64,000 nt of DNA from an uncultured bacterium. GTDB lineage: Bacteria; Patescibacteriota; Minisyncoccia; Phycocordibacterales; GWA1-40-21. Shown one piece after another: positions 63,350-64,000 of this stretch. The position numbers were made by a program, and so were the translations under genes. The notes beneath the pieces are model-generated. The model was not told the origin of the DNA and did not search any database. It saw nothing but the letters and a program-made list of their open reading frames with translations. How positions within the stretch are numbered: position 1 is the first letter of the stretch; each line of letters opens with the position of its first letter. The stretch covers positions 108,906 through 172,905 of the forward strand of contig OY970290.1 in the NCBI GenBank assembly GCA_963716205.1, given 5' to 3'.

Positions 63350-64000
63350 ATGCTATCAATTTTCTCCAAAAAGCCAGTTGTTGTCGTGCATTCCGGAAAA
63401 TTTCATCCGGATGATATTTCTGCTGTTGCGATCATTTCACTGTATCTCGGAAAATCAGTAAAAGTTGTTCGAAGTCGAGATCCGAAAGTTTGGGAAACTG
63501 CGGATTATATGTTTGATGTTGGCGGAGAATATGATCCGACAAAAAACAGATTTGATCATCATCAGCCAAGTTTTACGCTCAAACGAGAAAATGGTATCAG
63601 CTATTCTTCCGCAGGACTTGCATGGAAACATTTTGGAGAAAAAGTTGCGGGAAGCCATGAAGTCTGGCAAAAAATCGAAGAGAAAATTATCGAGCCACTT
63701 GATGCTGAGGATAATGGTATAGAATTATACAAAAATAATTTTGAAGGAATATCACCGTATACATTTGCCGATTATCTATTTGCTTTCAATCCTACCTATT
63801 TTGAGAAAAAACAAGGATCACTCAAGGCGTTTGAAAAAGCAATTGCCGAGGCAAAAAAAATGTTCAAGCGGGAAATCAAAAAAACAAAGGATAATCTGCG
63901 CAGTCAGAAAATTGTTGAGAAAATTTATCAGGAAACTTCGGATAAAAGACTTATTATTTTGAATGATGAATATTCCTGGCAAAATGTTCTGGGAAAATAT
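63350..64000 (+). CDS. MYG1/UPF0160-family metal-dependent hydrolase (partial; continues beyond the window)
   Basis: The ATG at 63350 gives MLSIFSKKPVVVVHSGKFHPDDISAV..., resembling the MYG1 N-terminal THsGxFHaDDv motif. The reading frame stays open to the window end. Confidence 0.55.
   Translation, partial: MLSIFSKKPVVVVHSGKFHPDDISAVAIISLYLGKSVKVVRSRDPKVWETADYMFDVGGEYDPTKNRFDHHQPSFTLKRENGISYSSAGLAWKHFGEKVAGSHEVWQKIEEKIIEPLDAEDNGIELYKNNFEGISPYTFADYLFAFNPTYFEKKQGSLKAFEKAIAEAKKMFKREIKKTKDNLRSQKIVEKIYQETSDKRLIILNDEYSWQNVLGKY

Overview
A low-GC window that reads like a small-genome, CPR/Patescibacteria-type bacterium. L30 is absent between rpsE and rplO, the rRNA genes are unlinked, and the 23S carries a group I intron. 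Start codons sit about 10 nt downstream of TATAAT boxes (leaderless-style). Left to right: the tail of the spc ribosomal-protein operon (rplF', rplR, rpsE, rplO, secY, adk, map); a class-A beta-lactamase-like hydrolase; a 925-aa HerA/TraD-superfamily ATPase; ndk; a trpF-like gene broken by an in-frame TAA; a 23S-5S rRNA unit (about 305-nt group I intron); a membrane protein plus a SEDS (RodA/FtsW) protein. Then come two tandem giant secreted proteins (1736 and 1850 aa). Each has a carbohydrate-active enzyme head, a poly-Gly region, a phage tail-fibre-like C-terminal intramolecular-chaperone (peptidase S74-like) module and a Ser/Thr tail, and they share a 473-nt almost identical DNA block. I consider this the most interesting system in the window: a candidate attachment / glycan-degrading surface-fibre apparatus. 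It is followed by a repeat-containing polytopic surface protein, a type IV pilin, GT4, a WbaP-like sugar transferase, secD and secF. A separate 16S rRNA follows (3' tail apparently lacking CCUCC), then tRNA-Ile(GAU) and tRNA-Leu(CAG). A roughly 9-kb AT-rich integrative element is inserted at the tRNA-Leu 3' end: a large serine recombinase overlapping the tRNA, a P-loop replication-like protein and secreted/membrane cargo. After it come rsmI and a second HerA/TraD-like ATPase. A roughly 12-kb glycan-biosynthesis cluster follows (GT4, five GT2 including a tandem paralogue pair, two SAM methyltransferases, a Wzx flippase, a hexapeptide acetyltransferase and an O-antigen-ligase/Wzy-like protein with TPR repeats). 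The window ends with secA, a tiny zinc-ribbon ORF and a MYG1-family gene. Coordinates of RNA ends, promoters and alternative starts are by eye and approximate.
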